This document shows positions 18,620 to 29,703 of a stretch of 64,000 nt of DNA, piece by piece. A program made the translations under genes and the position numbers. The stretch lies in the NCBI GenBank assembly GCA_965227515.1, contig CBDDFZ010000001.1, positions 608,001 to 672,000 of the forward strand, read 5' to 3'. Under the pieces are notes generated by a model. That model was not told where the DNA came from and did not search any database. It worked only from the letters and a program-made list of their open reading frames with translations. Every line of letters begins with the position of its first letter. Within the stretch, counting starts at the first letter, position 1. The stretch comes from Alphaproteobacteria bacterium (GTDB lineage: Bacteria; Pseudomonadota; Alphaproteobacteria; CALKHQ01).

Positions 18620-19285
18620 TCAATTCCGCCAGATCGGATCGGTCAGGCCCGCCACCATCTCGGCATGGCGGGCCAGTTCCGCCTCGCTCGCGGTGTGCGG
18701 GCGCGGCGGGCGCTTGGTCCGTTCCGCGACCTCGACCTTGCGCCGTTTCTGGGCGGCCAGCTCGAAGCCCGGCTGCCGCCCGCCCCGCAATTCCAGATAG
18801 ACCTCGGCCAGCAACTCGGCGTCCAGCAGGGCGCCGTGCTTGGTCCGCGCCGAATTGTCGATGCCGAAACGCCGGCAGAGCGCGTCCAGGCTGGCCTGTG
18901 CGCCGGGAAACCGCCGCCGCGCCATCGACAGGGTGTCGACCGCGCGGGCCGGCGCCACTTGAGGCAGCGACAGCCGCTTGAACTCCGCGTTCAGGAAGCC
19001 GATGTCGAACGAGGCGTTGTGGATGACCAGCGGGGAATCGCGCAGGAAATCCACCAGCGCGTCGGCGATCTCCGCGAACACGGGCTTGTCGGCCAGGAAC
19101 GCCTCGCTCAGGCCGTGCACTTCCTCGGCCTCCGGCGGCATGTCGCGTTCCGGATTGATGTAGCGGTGGAACGACACGTCCGTCGGCACGTGGTTGAACA
19201 GCTCGATGCAGCCGATCTCCACGATCCGGTCGCCGCCATTGGCGTTCAGACCGGTCGTTTCGGTGTCCAGCACGATCTCACGCAT
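18620..19285 (-). CDS. dnaQ: DNA polymerase III epsilon subunit
   Basis: [23 protein letters not shown]. Confidence 0.98.
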   Translation of the reverse strand: MREIVLDTETTGLNANGGDRIVEIGCIELFNHVPTDVSFHRYINPERDMPPEAEEVHGLSEAFLADKPVFAEIADALVDFLRDSPLVIHNASFDIGFLNAEFKRLSLPQVAPARAVDTLSMARRRFPGAQASLDALCRRFGIDNSARTKHGALLDAELLAEVYLELRGGRQPGFELAAQKRRKVEVAERTKRPPRPHTASEAELARHAEMVAGLTDPIWRN

Positions 19286-19294
19286 TTCTTTGCC

Positions 19295-19933
19295 CTATAG
19301 TCTCGAAGTTGATCGCCGCAACGCGTTCAACAGACGCACAACCTGCGCCCGACCGAAGCGGTGATCAAGTCCTGTCCGGACCACATCGTCCGCGGCCCGC
19401 CGCTTGGCGGCATCAGACCATTGCTGCGCCAGGATGCCGTCAAGCCGCGCCCTGCTCATGCCGGGCCGGCCCAGCACCCGCGCGTCGCGCACCCGGGCCG
19501 GCGCGCTGGCGGTCCACACGACGTCCATCCGCCGTTCCGCACCGGTTTCGAACAACAGCGGAATGTCGAAGCCGACGATATCCGCCCCCGCTTGCGCCCA
19601 GCGGCGCAGGAAACGGCGCTCCATGGTGCGCACCATCGGGTGGATGATCGCCTCCAGACGCGCCAGTGCCGCCGGGTCGTTGAACACCACCCCGCCCAGC
19701 CGCTTGCGGTCGACGACACCGTTCGCGACACACTGCGGAAACGCACGCGCGATCGCCGGCAGTGCCGCCCCACCCGGCCCGGCGACCTTGCGCGCGGCGG
19801 CATCGGCATCGAACACGGGCACGCCCAGATCGCGCAGGTAGCCGGCCACCGTCGACTTGCCGCTGCCGATGGTGCCGGTGATGCCAATCCGCACCGGCCC
19901 GGTACGCGGATAGCGCCGGCGGTTGCGGGTCAT
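19295..19933 (-). CDS. coaE: Dephospho-CoA kinase
   Basis: GITGTIGSGKST, FDAD, IHP, DIPLLFE. Confidence 0.96.
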   Translation of the reverse strand: MTRNRRRYPRTGPVRIGITGTIGSGKSTVAGYLRDLGVPVFDADAAARKVAGPGGAALPAIARAFPQCVANGVVDRKRLGGVVFNDPAALARLEAIIHPMVRTMERRFLRRWAQAGADIVGFDIPLLFETGAERRMDVVWTASAPARVRDARVLGRPGMSRARLDGILAQQWSDAAKRRAADDVVRTGLDHRFGRAQVVRLLNALRRSTSRL

Positions 19934-20778
19934 AGCGTCGACAGCACCGTCCCGCGCAATTGGTCGTCCACGGGCGGTTCCTGGCCGAACCAGGCAGCAA
20001 AGCCAGGCGTTGCCTGGTGAAGCAACATGCCCAGGCCGTCGACGGTGCGCAGACCGCGTGCCCGGGCATCCGCCAGCAGCGGGGTCTCCAACGGCGCGTA
20101 GACGATGTCATAGACGATGGCATCCGGCCGCGTGGCGTCCAGCGAAAGCGGCAGCGGATCGTGCCCGGTCATGCCCAGGGAGGTGGTGTTGGCAATGACG
20201 TGCACATCGGCCAGCACGGCGGATCGTTGCGCCCATGGAACGATCTGCACCGGCATCGGCAACACATCCGCCAACGCCGCCGCCCGCGCGTCGGTCCGGT
20301 TGCAGACCAGGATATCGGAAACGCCCGCCTGGTGCAGCCCGACGGCGATGCCCCGCGCCGCACCGCCGGCGCCGAGCAACAGCACCGGTCCGGCATCGGG
20401 CCGCCAGTCCGGCACGCTCGCCCGCAAATGGGCCACGAACCCGATGCCGTCGGTGTTGGTGGCGCGCAGCCGTCCGTCCCCGTCGATCCAGAGCGTGTTC
20501 GCCGCACCGCTGGCGCGGGCGACATCGTCGACCGCATCGACCAGGTCCATCACCGCCACCTTGTGCGGCACGGTGACATTGGTGCCGGCCAGCCCCAGGG
20601 CACGCAATCCGGCAATGGCTTCGGCCAGTTTCTCCGGCTGCACCGCCATCGGGACATAGACGCCGTCGATAGCCAGCCGGTCCAGCCAGTGATTGTGGAT
20701 CACCGGCGAGCGCGAGTGGGCAATCGGCCAGCCGATAACGCCGGCGACCCGCGCGGCCCCGCTCAACAAGCGTGTCAT
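19930..20778 (-). CDS. aroE: Shikimate dehydrogenase
   Basis: HSRSPVIHN, NVTVPHK, NTDGIGF, LGAGGAARG, DGLGML. Confidence 0.97.
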   Translation of the reverse strand: MTRLLSGAARVAGVIGWPIAHSRSPVIHNHWLDRLAIDGVYVPMAVQPEKLAEAIAGLRALGLAGTNVTVPHKVAVMDLVDAVDDVARASGAANTLWIDGDGRLRATNTDGIGFVAHLRASVPDWRPDAGPVLLLGAGGAARGIAVGLHQAGVSDILVCNRTDARAAALADVLPMPVQIVPWAQRSAVLADVHVIANTTSLGMTGHDPLPLSLDATRPDAIVYDIVYAPLETPLLADARARGLRTVDGLGMLLHQATPGFAAWFGQEPPVDDQLRGTVLSTL

Positions 20779-20791
20779 GGGAAAGTCCCCA

Positions 20792-21409
20792 TCATGAGGA
20801 GATCGCACCATGGGTGCGCAGCATCGTCAGCAGCGGCAGCAGTGGGAGGCCCAAGACGGTGAAATAGTCGCCTTCGACCCGGTCGAACAACTGTGCGCCC
20901 AGGCCTTCCAGCTCGTATCCGCCGACGCTGGCGCAGGCGCGCGCGCCCACGGTTGCCAGATAGTCGTCAAGGAACGCGTCGCTGAACGGACGCATGGACA
21001 GCCGGGCGGTCTGGTTATGGTGCCAGATCCGCGATCCGTTCTTGGCCAGCACGACAGAGGCGACCAGGCTGTGCTCGCGGCCGCGAAGCTCTTGCAGTTG
21101 CGTGCGGGCCCGCGCCAGGTCCGGCGGCTTGTCGAAGGTGCGGTCGTCCATCGCCAACACCTGGTCGGCGCCAATGACCAGCGCCTCGGAGTCCTGGCGC
21201 GACACTTTCACCGCCTTCAGTTCAGCCAGCGTCTCGGCAATGGCGTGCGGCGGCGCATCCTCGGCCCGCAGCGACAGCTTCACCTCGTCCTCGTCGACCC
21301 GGGCGGGCACGATCTCGATGGCCACACCGGCGGCCTGCAGCATCGCGGCACGCGCCCGGCTGGCCGATGCCAGGACGACGCGCGGCCTTTCGTTCGCCGC
21401 GCCGCTCAC
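20792..21409 (-). CDS. maf: Maf family nucleoside triphosphate pyrophosphatase
   Basis: VLASASRAR, IGADQ, FDKP, LGLPL. GTG start overlaps the upstream stop. Confidence 0.93.
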   Translation of the reverse strand: MSGAANERPRVVLASASRARAAMLQAAGVAIEIVPARVDEDEVKLSLRAEDAPPHAIAETLAELKAVKVSRQDSEALVIGADQVLAMDDRTFDKPPDLARARTQLQELRGREHSLVASVVLAKNGSRIWHHNQTARLSMRPFSDAFLDDYLATVGARACASVGGYELEGLGAQLFDRVEGDYFTVLGLPLLPLLTMLRTHGAISS

Positions 21410-22260
21410 GGTTCCTCCGTGTTGCGGGTCTGCCGCTTGTAGAGTTGCAGGATGGCCGCGGCCGTCTCCTCGATCGACCGCCGGGTGACATCCAGCGTCG
21501 GCCAGCCCTGGCGCGCGCACAACAGCTTCGCCTCTTTCACCTCCGCCGCGACCTGCTCGGGATCGACATAGGCAACGTCGCGCTCCTCCTGCATCGTCGC
21601 CAGGCGATTGCGGCGCACCTGCACCAGCCGCTGCGGATCTGTGGTCAGCCCGACCACCAGCGCGTTCTTGCAGTCCAGCAACTCGCGCGGCGGCGCCATG
21701 CCGGGCACGATCGGTACATTGGCGGCACGGATACCGCGATTGGCCAGGTACATGCACGTCGGTGTCTTCGACGTGCGCGACACGCCGGTCAGCACGATCT
21801 GGGCTTCCGACAGCCGGGACAAACCCTGGCCGTCATCGTGCGCCAGCGCATACTGCATCGCCTCGATGCGTTCGAAATAGCGGTCGTCGAGCTCATGCTG
21901 CCGACCGGGCTGGTTGCGATGGCTGGTGCCGAGATAGTCCGACAACGAGGCCAGCACGGTATCCAGCACCGATATGCAGGGCACGTTGATCGTGCGGCAG
22001 GCCTCGATCAACTGGCGGCGCAGATTGTCGTCGAGCAGCGTGAACAGGACCGGACCGGGCCGCTCGGCGATCTGGTCGATGGCATCGCGCAGTCCCCGTT
22101 CGGTCCGCACCATTGGCCACAAGAACTTGTGGGCATGGAAATGCTCGAACTGCACGATGCACGCGCGCACGACACCAAGGATGGTTTCGCCCGTCGCATC
22201 CGACACCATGTGAAGGTTGAACTGCTGCGCCGGCTCGATTTCGTCATGCGGTTCGGACAT
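21406..22260 (-). CDS. Pyruvate/PEP dikinase regulatory protein (PSRP, DUF299)
   Basis: VSDATGET, HDDGQ, GVSRTSKTPT, DVTRRSIEETA. Confidence 0.96.
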   Translation of the reverse strand: MSEPHDEIEPAQQFNLHMVSDATGETILGVVRACIVQFEHFHAHKFLWPMVRTERGLRDAIDQIAERPGPVLFTLLDDNLRRQLIEACRTINVPCISVLDTVLASLSDYLGTSHRNQPGRQHELDDRYFERIEAMQYALAHDDGQGLSRLSEAQIVLTGVSRTSKTPTCMYLANRGIRAANVPIVPGMAPPRELLDCKNALVVGLTTDPQRLVQVRRNRLATMQEERDVAYVDPEQVAAEVKEAKLLCARQGWPTLDVTRRSIEETAAAILQLYKRQTRNTEEP

Positions 22261-22720
22261 GGCCCTGCTGGTCGCACCGCGGCCCGAAACTGTCAAGCCA
22301 CCTGTCCACGCGCCCGGCTTGAAAACCGGTGGATAGACGCCACCTTATCCACACTTACCCACTGTCCACAGCGCCCGCCTTCCGCACCGCCGCACATCCG
22401 GTCGTGTTATCCACCGGCCGCACGCCTGTGCATGTGCTTTTCACCATGCATCCAATCTCGGGGATAACCCATCGGCTATCGAAACCGGGTTCATGCCATC
22501 CACAGGTCTCGGGTCGACACGGCCCATGTTCAGCACGGCTTGCGCATCTTATCCCCGCTATGGGTAGCGTGTGCGCTCAAGAGATCGGGGATTTCGCATC
22601 GGCCGGTGCATAACCGCGCACCAATGGGTTTTCCCCATGACTCTCGCCACCTACAACTACATCAATTCAAGAATCAGATTCCTTTAGGGAGAAGGTAGTG
22701 GTGCAGAGCACCCGAACGGC
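22261..22720. other. oriC: Probable chromosomal replication origin (oriC)
   Basis: Divergent DUF299/hemE gap, the usual alphaproteobacterial oriC site. Perfect DnaA box TTATCCACA at 22345-22353. Near-matches at 22355, 22362, 22407, 22459 (rc), 22496, 22549. GANTC sites at 22639, 22671, 22677 in an AT-richer patch. Confidence 0.85.
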
Positions 22721-23794
22721 ATGACCCTGGCATCGACGACCGCAATACAGCGTGCGGCACCTTTTCTGCGCGTGCTGGCAGGCGAGCGCCGCGACCCGGT
22801 GCCGATCTGGCTGATGCGCCAGGCCGGCCGCTATCTCGCCGAATACCGCGCGGTGCGAGAGCAAGCCGGCGGGTTCCTGAACCTCTGCCTGACACCGGAA
22901 CTGGCGGCCGAGGTGACCCTGCAACCGATCCGCCGCTATGGCTTCGATGCTGCGATCGTGTTTGCTGACATCCTGCTGATCCCGCATGCGCTGGGCCAGG
23001 AGGTGGGGTTCGTCGCCGGCGAGGGCCCGGTGCTGGCCCCGATCCACCATGCCGATCAGGTCGCGCGCCTGGGGCCCGCGGACGGCGTGGACGACGACCT
23101 GGCGCCGGTCTATCAGACCTTGCGGATATTGCGGGAGACATTGCCGGCCGACGTGGCGCTGATCGGGTTCGCCGGCGCGCCATGGACGGTCGCAACCTAC
23201 ATGGTCGAGGGCCGCAGCGGGCATGACTTCGCCCAGGTGCTGGCGTGGGCGCTGGAAGCACCGGAGACGTTCCAGGCTCTGATCGACCGGGTGGTGGAGG
23301 CGACCGTCGTCTATCTGCGCGGCCAGATCGACGCCGGCGCCGATGCGCTCCAGCTCTTCGATACCTGGGCCGGCATGCTGCCCGGCGATGCCCGCGACCG
23401 CTGGTGCGTTGAGCCCACGGCGCGCATCGTCGCGGCGATGAAGCAATACGCGCCGTCGGTGCCGGTGATAGGCTTCCCGAAGGGCCTGGGCACGGACCTG
23501 GTGGACTTCGCGGCGCGGACCGGGGTCGACGCCGTCAGCATCGACCAGCATGCCGACCGTGCCGCGATGGCGGCCGCACTCCCGTCCGGTCTCACCGTGC
23601 AGGGCAATCTCGACCCGCAGGTTCTGATCGCGGGCGGCCAGGCGATGCGCGACCAGGCATGCGACGTGTTGCAGGCTTTCGCCGGCCGGCCGCATGTGTT
23701 CAACCTTGGCCATGGCATCGACAAGACGACGCCGCCCGACCACGTCGCCGAACTGGTGGAGACGGTGCGGGCCTGGCAGCCCAACAGAGGTTAG
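22721..23794 (+). CDS. hemE: Uroporphyrinogen decarboxylase
   Basis: PIWLMRQAGRYLAEY, FADIL, GFAGAPWT, FNLGHGI. Confidence 0.98.
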   Translation: MTLASTTAIQRAAPFLRVLAGERRDPVPIWLMRQAGRYLAEYRAVREQAGGFLNLCLTPELAAEVTLQPIRRYGFDAAIVFADILLIPHALGQEVGFVAGEGPVLAPIHHADQVARLGPADGVDDDLAPVYQTLRILRETLPADVALIGFAGAPWTVATYMVEGRSGHDFAQVLAWALEAPETFQALIDRVVEATVVYLRGQIDAGADALQLFDTWAGMLPGDARDRWCVEPTARIVAAMKQYAPSVPVIGFPKGLGTDLVDFAARTGVDAVSIDQHADRAAMAAALPSGLTVQGNLDPQVLIAGGQAMRDQACDVLQAFAGRPHVFNLGHGIDKTTPPDHVAELVETVRAWQPNRG

Positions 23795-23802
23795 TGCAGC
23801 GC

Positions 23803-24237
23803 ATGTGGGGTGAGCTTTATCCTTGGCTGAAGGCGCTGCACGTTCTCAGCGTCATCGCCTGGATGGCCGGCATGCTCTATTTGCCGCGGCTGTTCGTCTA
23901 CCATTGCGACGCACCGCCGGGCACGCCGACCTCGGAAACCTTCAAGGTGATGGAAAGGCGGCTTTTGAAGGGCATCATCAACCCGGCGATGATCGCGACT
24001 TGGGTACTTGGGCTGATCTTGCTGTTTGTCTACGAGCTCTACACCCAGCCGTGGATGCACGCCAAACTGGTCTTTGTGGTGGCGATGTCGGCGGCGCATG
24101 GATTGATGGTCGGATGGTGGCGCGACTTCGCGCTCGACCGCAACGTGCGTAGCGCCAAATTCTACCGCATTGCCAACGAAGTTCCGGCGGTGTTGGCAGT
24201 GGTGATCGTGATCCTTGCCATCGTAAAGCCGTTTTGA
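23803..24237 (+). CDS. hemJ: Protoporphyrinogen oxidase HemJ
   Basis: WLKALHV..WMAGMLYLPRLFVYH, MERRL, NEVP..IVKPF. Confidence 0.96.
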   Translation: MWGELYPWLKALHVLSVIAWMAGMLYLPRLFVYHCDAPPGTPTSETFKVMERRLLKGIINPAMIATWVLGLILLFVYELYTQPWMHAKLVFVVAMSAAHGLMVGWWRDFALDRNVRSAKFYRIANEVPAVLAVVIVILAIVKPF

Positions 24238-24269
24238 CCGCATTGTGTTGGGGGAGTTGACGTTTCGGT

Positions 24270-24298
24270 TTGACGGCAGGCACTGCATTCGCTACATC
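24270..24298 (+). promoter_or_regulatory. Candidate sigma70 promoter of rho
   Basis: TTGACG(24270)-17 bp-TACATC(24293), followed by a ~175-nt leader. Confidence 0.5.
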
Positions 24299-24477
24299 AG
24301 TGAACGGTTCCCGCCACATCAAGATGGTTCGCCGCCGGCCCGAATTGCGTAGGGCTTGGCGCGGGTGCGAATAAGCGGCACCTGCCGGAACATACCCGTC
24401 GCGTTGCCCCGTCACGATGCTGTGTCCCATCTACATCTTGGCCACCGGCGTGGCCGCCACAACTCCATGAGCGGTTC

Positions 24478-25734
<1,257 letters not shown>

Positions 25735-25865
25735 CGCCGGTTCCGCGCACGGGTGCGCCGACGCACGCGCACGACCGGCACGATGCACCGTACGTGCACC
25801 GCAATCCACTGATATACTGCAATAAATTGAACCGGTTGGCGCGGTAGCAGCCAGATGGCCCTGCT

Positions 25866-26558
25866 CTATTCAGCCAATTCGGCCAAGGCGTAGCCGGCCG
25901 ACCGGACCGTTCGGATGATGTCGGTCTCGCCCTTGCCGTTCACCGCCTTGCGCAGCCGCCGTATGTGTACGTCGACCGTGCGTGGCTCCACGTACACATC
26001 GCGACCCCAGACGGCATCCAGCAACTGCTCGCGCGAGAACACGCGGCCCTTGTGGCTGAGGAAGTGCTTCAGCAGGCGGTATTCGGTCGGCCCCAGGTGG
26101 ATCGAGCGGCTGCCGCGGGTCACCCGGTGGGCCGCCAGGTCGATCTTCAGGTCGCCGAAGGACAGTTCCTCGGCGCGTGCCGACACCGTGGAGCGGCGCA
26201 GCAGCGCGCGCACCCGTGCCACCAGTTCGTTGGGGCTGAACGGTTTGACCACATAGTCGTCGGCGCCGCTGTTCAGCCCGCGCACGCGGTCGGCCTCCTC
26301 GGTCCGCGCCGTCAGCATGATGATCGGGATGTCGCGGGTGGTATCCGACCGCCGCAACTGGCGGCAGATCTCCAGCCCCGAGACCAGGGGCAGCATCCAG
26401 TCCAGCAGCAGCAGGTCGGGCTTGTGTTCGCTGATCGCCATCATGGCTTCCTCGCCATCGGACGCGACCGCGGTCCGAAACCCTTCCTTTTCCAGATTGT
26501 AGCGCACGACCTCGGCAATCGAGGATTCGTCTTCGGCGATCAGGATCAGTGGTTCCAT
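25866..26558 (-). CDS. phoB: Phosphate regulon response regulator PhoB
   Basis: LLDWMLP, GADDYVVKPFS, LGPTEYRLL, RTVDVHIRRLRK. Confidence 0.97.
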   Translation of the reverse strand: MEPLILIAEDESSIAEVVRYNLEKEGFRTAVASDGEEAMMAISEHKPDLLLLDWMLPLVSGLEICRQLRRSDTTRDIPIIMLTARTEEADRVRGLNSGADDYVVKPFSPNELVARVRALLRRSTVSARAEELSFGDLKIDLAAHRVTRGSRSIHLGPTEYRLLKHFLSHKGRVFSREQLLDAVWGRDVYVEPRTVDVHIRRLRKAVNGKGETDIIRTVRSAGYALAELAE

Positions 26559-26646
26559 GGCAATGCGTCTGTAGGCCTCGGATCTCAGGTTTTCAGTGGC
26601 CTGCGTGGCCGGGGCGCCAATGGCGGTACCGGTGGCGGTGCGGATG

Positions 26647-27393
26647 TCATTGCTGGGTGGTTGTGTCATCGCCAGCAATCTGCGGCATGGCCATCTCGGA
26701 CAGGTCCGACTTCGGCCGTGGGTCGATCAGGTAGGTGCCGTCGACCAGGAAGTGGATGGTCTCGGCCATGTTGGTGGCATGGTCGCCGATGCGCTCGATG
26801 TTCTTGGCGATGAACAGCAGGTGGGTGCACGCCGTGATGCTGCGCGGATCCTCCATCATGTAGGTCAGCAGCTCGCGGAACAGGCTGTTGTACATCTCGT
26901 CGACCTCGGCATCGCTGGCCCAGATCTCCTGCGCCAGGTCCAGGTCGCGCTCGATATAGGCGTCGAGCACGCCCTTGATCATGCCCTGGGTGGCGCGCCC
27001 CATGCGCACGATGGCGCCGATCTGGGGCATCACCGGCGACTGCAGGATGGCGATGGTGCGCTTGGCCATGCTGGCGGCGTAGTCGCCGATGCGTTCGATG
27101 TTGTTCGACATCTTCATCGCCGAAACGATTTCGCGCAGATCGCCGGCCATCGGCTGGCGCAGTGCCAGCGTCCGCACGGAATGCTCAGCGATGCTGAGTT
27201 CGTCGGCGTCGATGTCGCGGTCGCTGCGCCGGGCCTTCTCGGCCAGGTCGGCATTGCGTTGGCTCAGCGCCATCAGCGCCATGTTGAGCTGCGCTTCCGC
27301 CTTGCCGCCCATGCGGGTGATCATCTGCTTCAAGGTCTTCAGGTCGTCGTCGAAGGCCTTCACCGTGTGTCCGGAAGGGGCCGCAGCGCTCAT
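26647..27393 (-). CDS. phoU: Phosphate signaling protein PhoU
   Basis: LALRQPMAGDLR, ERIGDY, KNIERIGDHATN. Confidence 0.98.
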   Translation of the reverse strand: MSAAAPSGHTVKAFDDDLKTLKQMITRMGGKAEAQLNMALMALSQRNADLAEKARRSDRDIDADELSIAEHSVRTLALRQPMAGDLREIVSAMKMSNNIERIGDYAASMAKRTIAILQSPVMPQIGAIVRMGRATQGMIKGVLDAYIERDLDLAQEIWASDAEVDEMYNSLFRELLTYMMEDPRSITACTHLLFIAKNIERIGDHATNMAETIHFLVDGTYLIDPRPKSDLSEMAMPQIAGDDTTTQQ

Positions 27394-27451
27394 CGTTCGA
27401 ACTCCGTTCGGGTCCAGGTGTGTAAGGGCACGGGTGCGCGGTCGCGGTCGA

Positions 27452-28255
27452 TCAGCCGTAACGGCCGGTGATGTAGTCTTGCGTCTTCTTCTGCTGCGGA
27501 CTGGTGAAGATCTGGTCGGTCTCGCCGAACTCGACCAGCTCGCCCAGGTGGAAGAAGGCGGTGCGCTGCGACACGCGGGCCGCCTGCTGCATGGAGTGGG
27601 TGACGATCACGATGGTGAAGTTCTGCCGCAGCTCGTCGATCAGCTCCTCGATCTTGGCGGTGGCAATCGGGTCGAGCGCGGAGCACGGCTCGTCCATCAG
27701 CACCACCTCCGGGTTGACCGCGATCGCGCGGGCGATGCACAGGCGCTGCTGCTGACCGCCGGAAAGCCCGGTGCCGGGGTCGTTCAGCCGATCCTTCACC
27801 TCTTCCCACAGGCCGGCCTTGGTCAGGCTCTCCTCGACCAGGGCATCGACGTCCGCCTTCTTGGAGACCACGCCGTGCAGGCGCGGGCCATAGGCCACGT
27901 TGTCGTAGATCGACTTCGGGAACGGGTTCGGCTTCTGGAACACCATGCCGACGCGGGCGCGCAGTTGCACCACGTCGATCACCGGGTCGTAGATGTCCTG
28001 GCCCTCCAGCGCCAACAGCCCGGTCACGCGACACCCGTCGATGGTATCGTTCATGCGGTTGATGCAGCGCAGGAACGTGGATTTGCCACAACCGGACGGG
28101 CCGATCAGCGACGTCACCTGGTTCTCGTAGATCGAGAGGTCGACGTCGAACAGGGCCTGCTTGGCGCCGTAGAAGACGTTGACAGCATTGGCCTCGATCT
28201 TGCCCAGCGAGGGTGCCTGGACCGTCGCGGCTTCTGATGCGGCTAAAGGTTGCAT
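27452..28255 (-). CDS. pstB: Phosphate ABC transporter ATPase
   Basis: [42 protein letters not shown]. Alternative GTG start at 28267. Confidence 0.98.
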   Translation of the reverse strand: MQPLAASEAATVQAPSLGKIEANAVNVFYGAKQALFDVDLSIYENQVTSLIGPSGCGKSTFLRCINRMNDTIDGCRVTGLLALEGQDIYDPVIDVVQLRARVGMVFQKPNPFPKSIYDNVAYGPRLHGVVSKKADVDALVEESLTKAGLWEEVKDRLNDPGTGLSGGQQQRLCIARAIAVNPEVVLMDEPCSALDPIATAKIEELIDELRQNFTIVIVTHSMQQAARVSQRTAFFHLGELVEFGETDQIFTSPQQKKTQDYITGRYG

Positions 28256-28260
28256 GGGCT

Positions 28261-29703
28261 TTACCACCGTCGTTCGAACCGTTTCCGGAGGATGATCGCG
28301 ATCGCGTTCATGGCGATCAGGAATACCAGCAAGACCATGATGCCGGCGCTGGTTTTTTCAACGAAGCCGCGCTCCGGGCTGTCGGCCCAGATGTACACCT
28401 GGACCGGCAGCACGGTCGCGGGACTGAGCGGGTCGGCGGGTGCTGCGGCGATGAAGGCGACCATGCCGATCATGATCAGCGGGGCGGTCTCGCCCAACGC
28501 CTGGGCCATGCCGATGATGGTGCCGGTCAGAATGCCCGGCATGGCCAGCGGCAGGACGTGATGGTTGATGGTCTGCTGGTGCGACGCGCCGACGCCCAGT
28601 GCGGCCTCCCGAATGGAGGGCGGCACCGCCTTCAGCGCGGCACGGGTGGCGATGATGATGGTCGGCAGCGTCATCAGCGCCAGCACCATGCCGCCGGCGA
28701 TGGGGGCCGAGCGCGGCAGGCCGAACACCTGCAGGAACACCGCCAGGCCCAGCAGGCCGAACACGATGGACGGCACGGCGGCCAGGTTGTTGATGTTGAC
28801 CTCGATCAGGTCGGTCCACTTGTTCTTCGGCGCAAACTCTTCCAGATAGACCGCCGCGGCGACCGCAATCGGGAACGCCAGAACCAGGGTCACCAGCATG
28901 GTGAAGATGGAGCCCACGATGGCGCCCCAGATGCCGGCCAATTCCGGCTTGCGGCTGTCGGCCGAGGAGAAGAAACTCCAGGCGAAATCGGCGCCGACCA
29001 AGCCGCGGTCCACCATGTCGTCCAGCCAGATGAGCTGCTGCTCATTCAGCCGGCCCTCCACGCCGCCGGCGAGTGTCCGCTCGATATTGCCCTTCAGCAC
29101 CTGGATCGGGTCGTCGGCCAGCGGCGCGGTGAGCTGAATGGTCTGGCCGATCAGGCTCGGGTCGGCCATCACCATGTCGCGCAGGCTGTAGCGCGCGCCG
29201 TCGCTGAACAGGCCGCGCAGATCACGGTTGGCGTCGCGTCCGGACACGTCCGGGAACAGCGCGGCGATCGACTCGTCGATCAACCGCTTGTAGTTGGCCT
29301 TGGACAGGATGGCGCTGAAGGCTTCTTCCAGCGTCGCGCGCTCGTTGACCTCTTCCGGTGTCTCGTTGCCGTCCGCCGCGCCCAACACGGCGAGCGACGC
29401 CCGCACATCCTGCGGGTCGACGACAGCGGGGTCGACATAGACTTCCAGCGTCGCCTCGTAGGTGTAGAACGCCGACCAGCCCTTCGACACGATGACGACC
29501 AGCAACAGCACCAGCATGGCGATGGCCGCACCGATGGCGATCAGGCCGTACATGCGGAAACGGCGCTCGGCGCGATAGCGCTTGCGCAAGTGCTCGGGCG
29601 ACAGCACCAGCGCCTTGCGGCCGCCGGGCTTCGCAGCGCCAGGAGTTGCAGTGTCGGGCGCCGCCGGTGTGCCGGGCGCACCGTGTGCGGTCGTATCAGT
29701 CAT
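28261..29703 (-). CDS. pstA: Phosphate ABC transporter permease PstA with large periplasmic domain
   Basis: [27 protein letters not shown]. Confidence 0.97.
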   Translation of the reverse strand: MTDTTAHGAPGTPAAPDTATPGAAKPGGRKALVLSPEHLRKRYRAERRFRMYGLIAIGAAIAMLVLLLVVIVSKGWSAFYTYEATLEVYVDPAVVDPQDVRASLAVLGAADGNETPEEVNERATLEEAFSAILSKANYKRLIDESIAALFPDVSGRDANRDLRGLFSDGARYSLRDMVMADPSLIGQTIQLTAPLADDPIQVLKGNIERTLAGGVEGRLNEQQLIWLDDMVDRGLVGADFAWSFFSSADSRKPELAGIWGAIVGSIFTMLVTLVLAFPIAVAAAVYLEEFAPKNKWTDLIEVNINNLAAVPSIVFGLLGLAVFLQVFGLPRSAPIAGGMVLALMTLPTIIIATRAALKAVPPSIREAALGVGASHQQTINHHVLPLAMPGILTGTIIGMAQALGETAPLIMIGMVAFIAAAPADPLSPATVLPVQVYIWADSPERGFVEKTSAGIMVLLVFLIAMNAIAIILRKRFERRW

